Assembly: GCA_976226885.1 (NCBI GenBank) | Contig: OZ320316.1 | Location: 76,942,001-77,006,000, forward strand | DNA from: Iphione sp. A-MEVVRFRX5 | Taxonomy: Eukaryota | Direction of reading: 5' to 3' | Length of the DNA: 64,000 bases | Part shown: piece after piece, positions 25,801-37,800 of the stretch | Layout of the letters: each line of letters starts with the position of its first letter | How positions within the stretch are numbered: the stretch's first letter is position 1 | Made by a program: the position numbers and the translations under genes | The notes under the pieces: generated by a model | What the model was told of the DNA's origin: nothing | The model's input: only the letters and a program-made list of their open reading frames with translations | Database searches by the model: none

Positions 25801-28800
25801 GTGTACTCATCGTTTTGTGAATAAACAAATAAACTGGCTTACATGATTGCATATAGCAGAGAGGTCGGTATGATATAAAGCATGCAAGTTACAACGTGCA
25901 TTTAATCGGAAAGAAATACTACACATATATTATCTATAACGAAACTGGCCACACAGTGACAGCCTACCTGGATATCTTCCACCTGAGATTTGACAGTATC
26001 TTGGTCTCGCCCTGGGGGAGATTTATGGTCAAATTCTTCCTCCAGGTCAGACATCCCGTTGGAAACCGCCCGCAGGTCAGACTAGACAGAACACAAGAAA
26101 GCGGTAACTCTAGCGGCTGCCAATACTATACATATTATGTAGAACAGGATAATGTCCTATGAATCAATTCCTTCATGAAAAGTACGTCATTTCTCTTACG
26201 AGCAGAACAAGACTACTTCAAACGATTTTCGTTGGAAAAAAGGAACTGCTGATTTTGCGCACCTGGAATTGGGAAACGACCTCCGAGCCGGACTCGATGT
26301 CCTTCAGGATGCAGTCAACGTCCTCCAGGAGGCGTTCGTAGCGGTCACTGAGCTCGCCCATGTCGGCGGTCACGGCCGAGCTGTCCGTGCCGTCCACCGT
26401 GTCTACGATGAGGCTGTCGGTGAAGTCGCGCGCGTAGTCCACCTGTGGCCGGAGGGACGCCAGCTCCTCCTGCATGGCCTAGTTTTAAGAAAAAACGATG
26501 AGACCGGTTATGTTGTGTTCTAGTTTCGATAGCAAGCTTCTACATGACCACGTGATTTACTACATATAGAGAACCCGTTGTTTGAAAAATTACAAAGGCA
26601 TGTATGTTGACGTAACAAATAACATAAAACAAAGCATCTTGTACAATATCAATTCATATATGGAAGGAAACACCGTCAGGAACCTACCAACTGAAGAAGT
26701 AAACATTCACCTTAACTTTGTCGAGATGTTTGGGTTCTTTGGCGGAGACACCAAGCGCCGTGTGTGCCTTTACTTTGTCCTCGAACTTCTGTAGACCCTG
26801 TGCCAGGTCTCCTAGGATGTCGTCGCACTCCTGGAGTTTCTGCGACATGTCCTCCAGGTCCTGCACACGGTCCAGGACGCCTGTAGAAAGGAACAGTGTT
26901 CTGTGCTTAAGTACATGTATCTACCTTTAAAGAACCCACAGAATGACGACAATTCCTCAGATGGCGATACATGCTAGCAAAGCCTAATATTATATCGGGA
27001 GATATATATGTACATGGACTGCGACGATTCAGTAGTCGACGGTGTGTAAGGTAGTGTAGGCGATCCATAAACATTTGTACGCACGTGTGCATGTACATAT
27101 TGCTAGAAGTTCTTCATAAATCAATGTTGATTTAGTAAGTGACCAAACTAGTGAATAGCCTTGTGCTACCTCTACAGCGTTTCTTCGTTATTATAAAATA
27201 ACCTGTCTTTTAGTACATATGCCCAACTATACTGGATACCATACCTGCATTAAGCCTGTCCCAGCGGCTGTTTACATCCTCCAGGGTGTCCTGCACACCG
27301 TCATGGTCCCTCTCACTGCTCTCCATCAGGGCGCGCGCCGCACTGTTGAGTGCCTCCTGGTCGCGCGTCTTCCTGAGTAATTCGGTTTGCATGCCCTGAA
27401 GGACAGTAGATGGGGAGATAGTTAACAGGATGGAAAGTCTCACAGAGATAATTGTGCATACCGATAGAGGCGGAGACAACGATGGCACACTGAATTAAAG
27501 AGAAAGATACTGACCGACAGCGCAATGGGTGATCACGTGTCAGACTAAGGGAATGCTGTCTTCTCTTCAATTCAAACGTTCTTTTTTCTTACTTCGCAAT
27601 TTAATTCTGGTGACACGGCACCTAAAAGCAGGGCAGGCATGACTCCAGTCTATTTTTGGGTGTATTTACTAGAAGCAAGGATTTTTTTCTCGGGGACTTC
27701 CATCTACACACTGACATCTCAGTTAAACAGGACCATAGTCATCCTGCTCCTACCTGGGCCTCTTTCAGCTGTTTGGAGACCTGCTGGCGGTCCAGACCGA
27801 CGGGCGCGGCATTGGCAAGCCGCTCCTCCGTCATCTGCAGCCAGGCGAGCATCGTGTCAGCGTCGGCCTCGAAGCGCTCAGCGTGCCGGCTGGCCTCACG
27901 CAGGCGGCTGTCCCGTCCGGCCACCTTGCTGCGGAGCCGCTCCCACTCGTTGCGCAGGCCACCGAGCTGCTCGTTCAAGTCGGACACGTCCGACATCGGC
28001 GAGGCCGTGTCGCGCAGACGCTCGCCTTTGTCAAGCACAAGTCGTAGGTCCGGTTCGCGGGTTGAAATTTCGTTTTGAAGAGCCTTTAAGTAAGACAGGA
28101 AGATTACAGATGACTTCAGTAGACAGATCAGAGGACAAGACCAGGACCACGCTGGAGCTTTTGAGCGGATTATTAAAGGCGCTCCAAAGAAATTCCCCGC
28201 TCTATTTCGTCAAACTGATGTGAATAAACAATGGAATACAAGTAGGAATATCTCAGTGCTGCCACTTAGGAAGCATTTATGGAACAAGATTATAGCATTA
28301 TCTTCTTTAACAAAGAAACAGTAACAAACTCAACCAGTCCGTTAATGAGACATGCAGGTTCTTAGGTAATAAGATTCTATGAACATATACGGACCTCACT
28401 GTCTCTGTTCTGCTTGGTAAGGACATCTGACTGTCCAGAGACAGGCCCCATGGAATCCACAGCAGCTTGTTTATCAACCACCCATTGCATCATGTCTGCC
28501 AACGATGCCCAGAATTTCTGTCCTTCAGCCACAGCACCATCCAACTGATGACGGCGATCATCTACAAAGTCATACACATACATATCCTGAATACGGTTTG
28601 AAAGCGCAGCCTCTATTTGCAAAAAAATATCTTCCTGATTTTTTTTGGCAGTCAGTAATTTTTGTTCTTTCCCGTACAATATATACAATTACTCTAGTGT
28701 CACTGCGTGAAGATAACAGACAAGGGACTTCTTTTAAAACAAAACCTACAAAACAAGTACTTTTTGATCATCTTGACTTGGAAGACAAAGGTGTAGCCGA

Positions 28801-31800
28801 AGAAGGAAGATTCTCACCTAGTTTCTTACGAATCTCATTGTAGGGTTTCTCGACAGTTGCTAGCTTGTTCTTGAGGTCGAACTTGGTTGAGGCTTCCTTT
28901 GACAGGTCACAAAGCGACTTGCATAGCCCTGCTGCTCGCTCCACCTCAGGCCGTCTGCTCTCCACCTCAGCGCTAATCTGTTCAAGTTGCTCGTTCTGCT
29001 CGGCGACAACTTCCGTCTGTGAGCTCGGGGGTGGCAGTGCATCGAGCTTCTCACTCACCACAGGAAGCCAATTGCTCAGTGACTGCAGCACATCATAGAA
29101 GCGGCTACTCAAATCTAGGGCCTCTCTCAATGTTGTCTCACGTTCGGCCAGTCTGCCCTGGATCTTATCCCAACTCTTATTGATGGTATTCAGGCGTTTG
29201 TTAAGCTGTTGGGCGCCGGGTGAGTCCGGGTCACACTTTTCGAGCACAGAGTGACTCGCTTGTAAGAACTGCTCATACTGTGGCTGCTGGCTGTTCATCT
29301 CCTCTTGCAAAAGCTGAAGAAGAGAGGTAAAAGTCAATGAGTTTATCCATTTAAATACTCATCCACTTTAATGTTAAATGTTTCGGTTCTTTTTTTACAG
29401 CTCCATAATACGGGCACTTTGGAGGAAAAACTACAAGGAGTAAAATTTAGTGAAAGAAGGAGTGACGATCCTTATACATTCAGAGCGGTACATAACGAAA
29501 CATACGGTTACCACTCTAACGCTAAATAGGTTAACTTTTTACATGGTGCACTACAAATGCAAAAAAAAAATTCAAGGTATATAGCTACGAACTTACCTGC
29601 ACTTGCTGGAGCTGGCTGTTCACCATGGACGGTTCCACAGCAATAGGTCCGAGAATGCCGACCATTTTCTCCTTCTGGCCCAGCCAGTTGGTCAGCTGAT
29701 CGAAGGACTCGCGGGAGTCACGCAGGTCTTCTACTATTCCCTCCAGCGAGCGTCGCCTCTCCTCGGACACTTCTTTGAGGCTCTTCCAACGCTTCTCTGC
29801 AATTACCATCAACGAAAATGTTTTCTCGGTTATACCTGGCTGTCAACGACTGAAGTTCTACTCTAACAATTGGAAAGTTTGTCCTAAATTTTGAATATAG
29901 TGTTGTACGGTACTTGGAAATTGGCTTGCAACGACCCAACTGACATGCATAAACAAAAGACTTAGATGCTAAATGCATGCACACGAACTTTCCTTTGTCT
30001 CAAGAGAGCTAAAATCTTTTACTTATTTAACATCAGTGTGGAAACAGAAAAAAACATACCAAGCTGCTTGAGTTGTTTTTTAACATCCTTCATACCGGGT
30101 ACGTGTTCACGATTCTTCATCAATTCATGAGCTTTCGCCTTTAGGGCCCCCATTACCGGTTCCTTGTTCATTAACTCCTCATGGAATGCCTATTCACAGA
30201 ATATAGTCAGACATATAATATATATATATAAGTGGGCAGGGAAAATTAGAACGGACCTTATTATACATTTGCAGTTTTTCCATCAAATGAAATCTGAAAA
30301 CAGCCTGTAGCACCACCAGTCAAAAAGGCCCTATAAGATGTACACAGGAATTTCCAGGTGAAACTCTTAAAATGCATTTCTTATGACAAATTATGTATGT
30401 GAAGAATTTTCAGTTCAACCTCAATAAAAATGATTAGATATTTACGAATAAAATATACTTCCTTCCAGGAACTAGGCTACTCCTCTCTACTTTCACAAAT
30501 TTATATAATGATTGGTAAAGTGTTGAATGGATGAACTACTGATAGAATAATAAGCATGCCTGGTAGTCTTTCAGCTGCTGTTTGGCGGTGTCCTCATCGG
30601 TGGGTACATCGCCCTCCAGCGGGCCGGTCGAGTCCTCATGCTCCTCAAGCCAGCGGAGGATCTCCTGCACGTCCGTCAGATACATGCGCACATTCTGCAG
30701 CGTCGACTCCAGCTCCCTCTGGCGGTCAGCCAGGCGCTCCCCGATGACGTCATAACGCTGATTGATGCCAACCAGCTGCTGCTGAACTTCAGACATATCT
30801 AGAGGCGGAGCAGCATTAAAGGAGAGATGATGATCGAAACTCCAAAATATGTGCCTTCTCATCAAATGTAGTTTTCTACCAATTGGGAAAAAATGTGTAC
30901 GAGACTATTTCAGGCAGCACACCATTTCCGTGATTAAAACTTGTGTGAATGCAAATTTGTTTACGTACTGTATACGTATTTATAAGGCCATCTGATTAAA
31001 AAGAACGCAAGAAACTGGCGAAAATAATCTACTGGCAGCAATCATAAAAAACAAGCAAGGGTAGAAGATTGTATGTTAAAAGGTAAATAACAGTACAGAA
31101 ACACTAGTTGATGCACAACAATTTGATAACCAATGAACGTTTTTTTCATAAATTTCGACACTCGGATACCTGTAAACACTTCTCAGCTAATCATTCAAAG
31201 AAAGTAAAGAATAAAGAACGTAACATGTAGGAAGAACAATGGACGTCGGAATAATGAGCTTTTTGTTTGGGTAAAAAATGAAAGAGAAGAGTTCCAGTCA
31301 AGGCGAAAGAAAATCTAGTTCAAGAAACACACGGGGAACAAATGAGCTTAGGGGATCAACACGTCACACTCAAGAGAAACCCTTTGGTACAGAAGGTATG
31401 GAGAAGACACAGAGGCTGTTGGAAGGGTTATCCTCTTCAAATCCAGATGGTGAAGAATGTGGCTGCTGAACATTTCAATCCAGCTGTTATCTCGGCCAGG
31501 CGCCGAGAGGCGTAGCTGGGGATTACTAACCATCTAGGGCAGCGAGCAGATTGTCGGAGGAGCTCTTGTGTGAACTGATTCCACTCGACTCGCTCGACGG
31601 GCTGAGCATGGTGGTGGTGGTGGTGGTGGTAGTGGTGGGCGAGGGGGCCTGCTTGACGGGCGAACTCAACGAATTGCGGCCGAACCGTCGAGACTCTGAA
31701 ACACCATAGCGGCAGGGTCCAGCACAGGGGCACATCGTTAGACAGGAGGACGTGACTGCCAGACGTACTCAAGGACGGATCAAGTGTAGAGACATACATC

Positions 31801-34800
31801 GAGGTGTGTGTGTAAACAGTACTCGGGGGAAGGGGGGAGGGCGGGAGTAGGGCATATCGTTGGGCCTTAACGCTTACAGGGTTTTGTGTATGAAACGGGA
31901 TATTTATGTGGGACGACCGCCATAGTTCACATCTGACTGAGGTCGTACTGCATGATTATCCAATCAAGCAAGTGACCTTTTTCTTTTGAACCAACAAGAC
32001 ACATCCACATGGGAAAACAGTGCTATTCTGCCTGAAGCTCTCGACTGCACAGCCTTTTCAGAAACAGGCTTCTTAGAAGCCAGCGAAGGACAGGAATATA
32101 TTGTACATATTACATGTACATGTTGTTGCGAGAGGTCAGTCAAACTAATATAAAAGCTGAAATATCTGCTAGGGGTATAGTACGTAGAAGCTACTAGTCG
32201 CTTATAGGCATACCACACTACGGGGTATTTACGGATTGGTAGATCAGATCTAGGGTAAATTAACTTCTCGTATGGATCAAGCACAAACATCGTATCTGGA
32301 CCTAAAGAAATGTCACACGTCATGCTAAGGATCAATGAATTTAAGTAAACCTCCAAACGGTAAATTTGTCAGTCGACAAGCCGGTAAAAAGCCTTGGTTT
32401 CTTCTTTCCGTGCATGCTAAGGCAAACTATTGCTATCTACTTTGCCACATGTAGAGGTAATGTGCGCACTTATATGGCCTAACAAAATGACAAAGAAACA
32501 CAATCAAAACCTACTTCTTCTCACGGGGCTGGCGGTAGCCTCACCACGTTGCAGTGCGTCGTATGTATTTCCAAGCTCATTGACTTGGTCTATTTTCGGG
32601 TTGTACTCCTCATACGACTTGAGTAACGGCTGCCGTAAATAAAAAAGGTCATTTTCTACAATAACAAGAGCGTCCGCCTTCAAATACCTGGTACATGTAC
32701 ATCACTACTTATATATGGTAAAATACGAGTAACCTGGCACGAACTTTGTAGTTGCACAGAACCCTGGACATTCTGAAGGCTCTAGTTACGGTTCGGACCG
32801 TTATTTGAAGAGTAATAGTAACATTTTCTTTTCATTAATTACTAAAGTTACTCTTTCACATAAAGCGGGTCTGAGAGATAACTGATTACCTGTATCTCCT
32901 CGATCTGCCTTGCAATCACTTCTACATCAATGGCGACCGGCTCAAGACCGTCTATGGTCGCTTCCGTGTCGGTCAGCCAACGCGTCACCTCGTCTCGCGC
33001 CTTCTCGTATTGATTGCTCTGTTCCTCGCGGTATTGGGCCTCCTTCTCCTTCTCCGCAAACAGTTCACTAAACTCGTGCCAGTTGCGCTCGCATTCGGCC
33101 ATGGCGTCCTTGACGGGCGACACATCTCCGGTGCGCGGGTTAGTAACCATATCCTGGCCCAAGTCGCCGATGCGGCCCAGTTCGGACATCTTGATTTCGA
33201 CGTCGGCCGCTATGTCCGCCAGACGCTCGCGAAACTCGGCCACGCCGAGCTGCGCCGTCTCCCGCGACTCCAACGTCTCCATCGTTGGCACTAGCCAGTC
33301 GTTGAAGCGCTGCACGCGGTCGTGGAACTCAGCCAGGCGGTCGACCACCTGCCGCTGGTCCTCGGCTCGCTCGTCGGAGCGTCGCGCTACTTCTGTGTAG
33401 CGCGTGTTCAGGTCAGACAGCTTGGCGCTCATGGCACGCACCACGTCGGGCTCACTCGCGGAGGTGGCCATTACCTCGGTACCCGACTTGGTGACGGACT
33501 CGACGCTGGGACGGTGGCTGTCGATATCCGCCTGAAGAGCCTGCAACTCCGACATCTGGTTGTTAAGCAGCTCCTGGCGGAGGCTGATAGGCCGCATGGC
33601 CGACAGCGTGGCCTCAGTGTCCCGCAGCCAGGTGAGAAGACTGTCAAGCCCCTCCTGAACACCCTGAGACTGCACAAGGGCCGTCTGCAGGACGTTGGAG
33701 CGGGCCGTCGACTCGGCCGTCACGAAACCGTGGCGGTCGGCCAGCTGGTTCACCAGCTCCTCGATGTCGGCCAGCGTCTCGTCGTCAGCCCCCAGCTCGC
33801 GCATCGTATCGGCAAGGCGGCGAGCTGCTCGCTTCAATTCCTCCAGGTGTTTTGTTTGGGCAAACACTTCGGCGCTGAATGCTTTCAAAGTATCGAGTTG
33901 CTCTCCAACGGCGGTTGGGTTGCTGCCGATCGGCTCGGTCTTGAGACTGCGCGCCCGCGACTCGGCGTCCAACAGCCAGGCCTGCATTTTGTACACCGCC
34001 TCGTTGTATTCCTTCTGACGATCGCGGGCGCTCTGCAGCCGTTCCATGAGCGACTCACAATTGCTCTTCAGATTCTGATACCGCTCGTTGGCGCTCCTCA
34101 CCTTGTCCCGTGTGTCCTGGAAGTCGGACACGTCGGCGGTGCGACGACTCTTTGGTGACTTTTCCTCACGACTGGCATACGCTTTCTGGTCTTTTTGGTA
34201 GCCGATGGCCTCATCCAGGAACCGTTGTGCCGCCATGTTGATAAACCTTAGATCTGCCGCGTGGGCAATCACATCGTCTAGGAATGCCTAGGTGAGAGAC
34301 GGTATCCGATGAATGCAGCTATAATGCAGGTGTATTACCATATAAATACCATATACTATATAAATGCATCCGACAAAAAACACCATTAGAGTAATAGCAA
34401 ACGATGCAAATAAAATAAAGATGAAGAAAGCTGAACAAGGATCTAAAATTAGTGTAGACACTGCATGTGCTTGTGATATATCTCTGGCAAAACGGGGCAA
34501 AACGTTTAGCTTTACTGGATGCTACCTTGACAAGAGTGTGGAGCTGCAAGGTCTATTGCCCCCCAGCATCAATGACCCATTTCATGGCTGATGGCTTGCA
34601 TAGCTGGACAGTTTTACCTGACTAGACACACAGAAGTCCCAGACTGCTACAAGCTGTTACTGGTAGAAGGGAGGTATTGTGTGTGTATGTGTGTGTGTGT
34701 GCATGCAAGTGCATTGTCAGACCTAGGAATCCCCAAACCAAGTATGTATGTTTGTGGATGTGTTAGGAAAAGAGTAAAATTGACATATTTCACTTTTAAA

Positions 34801-37800
34801 TATTTGAATTTACCAAAATTACCAAGTGTAATGAGTCCATGTACATAACTATCATATATCAAAATCAGTTCATTTGAATGAAGGGTTTGAGAGTTATAAG
34901 ACCCACAAGAGTGTGACAGCAGCATTCCTAAGGTCCCCCCTCTCTATGAGGCGGGGGAATATAATGGACTGGAAGGTTCCATTTGCAACTGCCATTGCTA
35001 TAGTGAGTCAATAACAATGGATACACACCGGAAAAAGTGATGTTATATCTCATGGGTTATTCTCTTAAAGTTGTGAATTATCTCTCACCTTATGCTGGTC
35101 CACCTGGTGGCGTAGCCGCTCCAGGTCACCTCCGACTCGTTGTTTGGCCCGCAGTTCGCCCTCCGCCTCTGAGACCCAGGTGTCAAATTTACCGCACTCG
35201 CCATTGAACTTGACTAATTCGTCATGTACTGATGTAAGCGTCTTTACGCGGCTCTCGCTCTCACCAAGCAACTGTAAAAGCCCCAAAAACACTCTTTACA
35301 ATACGTCGGGGAAGAAAATTAGCAACGTTACTGGAGTAATAGAAACGCAATGGAGAATAAAAAATATGCCCCGGGATATTCATAAACATAAATTTATCAC
35401 GTGGGCTAAACAAATGCATCATGCTGCTATTCAAATCGAAATTTACAATGTATATTTTGGGAGGTCTCTCCCTGATAGCAGTTGTTTTACAAACCGATTC
35501 GAGCTTCTTTCGTACGTCCACAGAGAGTTTATCTAGTTTGTTGAGCTGCTCCTCGGTGAAGTCAGGTTTATTATGTTCGAGCAGCTGTTGGGCCTGGTAG
35601 ACTAGCGACAGGATTGGATGTTGGTGATTCACGATCTCACTATACAAAGCCTGCCATGAGGAGAACAAAACGCAGTTGAATGTTTGGGAATTAAGTAAGC
35701 CGCTACCTTTGAGTCATATTTATGGCAATTTAAAGTTTACAAGGTATATTTCAGCTTGTCGTATATCACTCTCATGGTTGAAGACGAAGAAATAATTATT
35801 AAAATTCTTGCGAATGCGCCTACATGATGAAAACAGGCGTACCTTTTGGTCATCTACTTGTCGCTGTAGCTCGGCTTCATTTTCGCTGGCCGCGCTCTGT
35901 CGGAGCAGCTCCTGTTCGGCATCTCCTAGCCAGTTGCGCTGGTTACGCAGGTCCCGCGTGAGCTGCTCGTACAACTCATCCAACTTAACCTAATAAATCA
36001 CAACAAACTAATTAGCCTGTATGTCCACGTGTACTTAGACGATAGTCCCATAAATTATTGGAAATAGACATGCTATCTTTACTTCGTTTAATGAAAGTGA
36101 TAATATTTGTAAAAAGCAGAAAAAAGGACAGTGAAAATTTGACGTTATCAAACGTGAAAATCCACGGAGTCAAATTTATCGGGGTGTTTTGATGGGATAC
36201 TGGGCGTCTTGATTCAGGTTAATCCCCCACCACTGCGAGACCTGACCCATGTGCTGCTTTACATTATGTCTGCCAGTGTGAAAACCATAGTGGAGTGCTC
36301 GTGGATATCATTTACTTCGTATTTCATTATGAATTATTTAACCGTTGAATTACAAAGATTTTTAATCTAAAGGGTAGCAGTCCATCATGTTTTCCCCACA
36401 ATTTACCACAGAGGATACCTGCAAGTAATTTTACTTCAAGGAAAATCAATCTGACTTAGAGGGAAAAATTGAAGGATTATTCACTGCAAGTTGATCATTT
36501 CGGAATGGTCAATGGGCCTCGACAAGGACACCTAACCTGGAAGTGTTGTATGGCAATTGGAAGCGCAGCAAGGTTGGTGGATTGGGAAATGAACGAGGAG
36601 ATTAGCAAAGCGCCATTAAAAGTTTGGTGGTAGTGATAATTAATTACTCTAGAATGTTACAGCAGCATTAGTATACATTCATCAATATGCGCATATTACC
36701 ATTGCATTACTGATGGAAACATGTTAAGATCGTAAAAATAATTGTGTATACAGGACTTAACTTTAACGATAAAAAATGTTTTATACAGTTAGGTTTCAGG
36801 CAAGAGGCATGAATCAACTATAAGATACATCAGTTCTTAATTAAAAGTAAGTGATAATTGCACATAGATATGCTAGTTCCCTCTTTCAGGGGTCTTAGCA
36901 AAACGCTAGTTCCCTCTTTTAGGGGTCTTAGCCAAACACAACACACAATTAACTCAATGGCAAGTGTCATACACAAAATTCATTTCAGCGCCTGCAAGCT
37001 TTGCTTTTTGAAAAATCAGTTTAAAGAGTTACGTGTACATGACAAAATTAGTGTCGTTTGTCAGCTGCAAGCAGACATGCTAATTTTCAATGCCTGGTTC
37101 AGGACTCATGCTACGCGAAGGTTGTATTGTGGGTACTGACATGCGTATTAGTGTATAATTAGGTATACATGTAATGTGAAGAGGATGACGTCATTTTCTT
37201 TATCTGCGTCTGTCTTTTAAGGTTCGGTTCAGAGAACGTGTTAACTGGCAGCTCATTATACTGACGATTTCTCCAGGGGGTTATTAATGACATGTATGCG
37301 GGCATCAAATAAAACAAGATACCAAGAGACATACAAACAGTATATGTGTGAAACATTGCATTATAAAGGAGGGAGGGGAGCAGCTGAAAACGGAAAGAGA
37401 TTCATTGAGGCAGTTAGTTTAATTCCTGCTATAAAAAAGATGGACAACCACATTTACTGAAAATAAGGTGTGCAGTCGTGCATAAAAACGATGAACACTT
37501 GCCATGAATTTAGGAACCGTCTCATCAGACGGTTGCCCATAAACAAACAATGGAATCACAAACATACATGGAAGGACAGGACACAATTATTTTGGTAGGG
37601 TACAATGTAGCCTTGTCTCATAAGCCTATGTAGCTCGAAACTCACCCGAACCACACAACTTAAAATATATAAACAAAGGCGAAGGGAAGAAACATTCAAG
37701 ACAAGATGATCAACCACAGACAGTCCCGTATAAACATTCGTATTTGTTGTGCTTCATTACAGTCCACAAGTAAACAGAATAAAGTACAGAAGTAAAGGAA

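Noticed and set aside
31348-31490. Exon-like frame [14 protein letters not shown] downstream of the poly-Thr exon
   Set aside because: No acceptor gives the required phase 1; phase-1 entries hit TGA
33322-34158. 278-aa plus-strand ORF and similar ones (13025-13624, 14356-14841, 27639-28223)
   Set aside because: Antisense shadows of GC3-rich spectrin exons; no recognisable protein features
34526-34552. 27-nt in-frame segment TLQLHTLVK
   Set aside because: G-rich acceptor and weak GTAGCA donor
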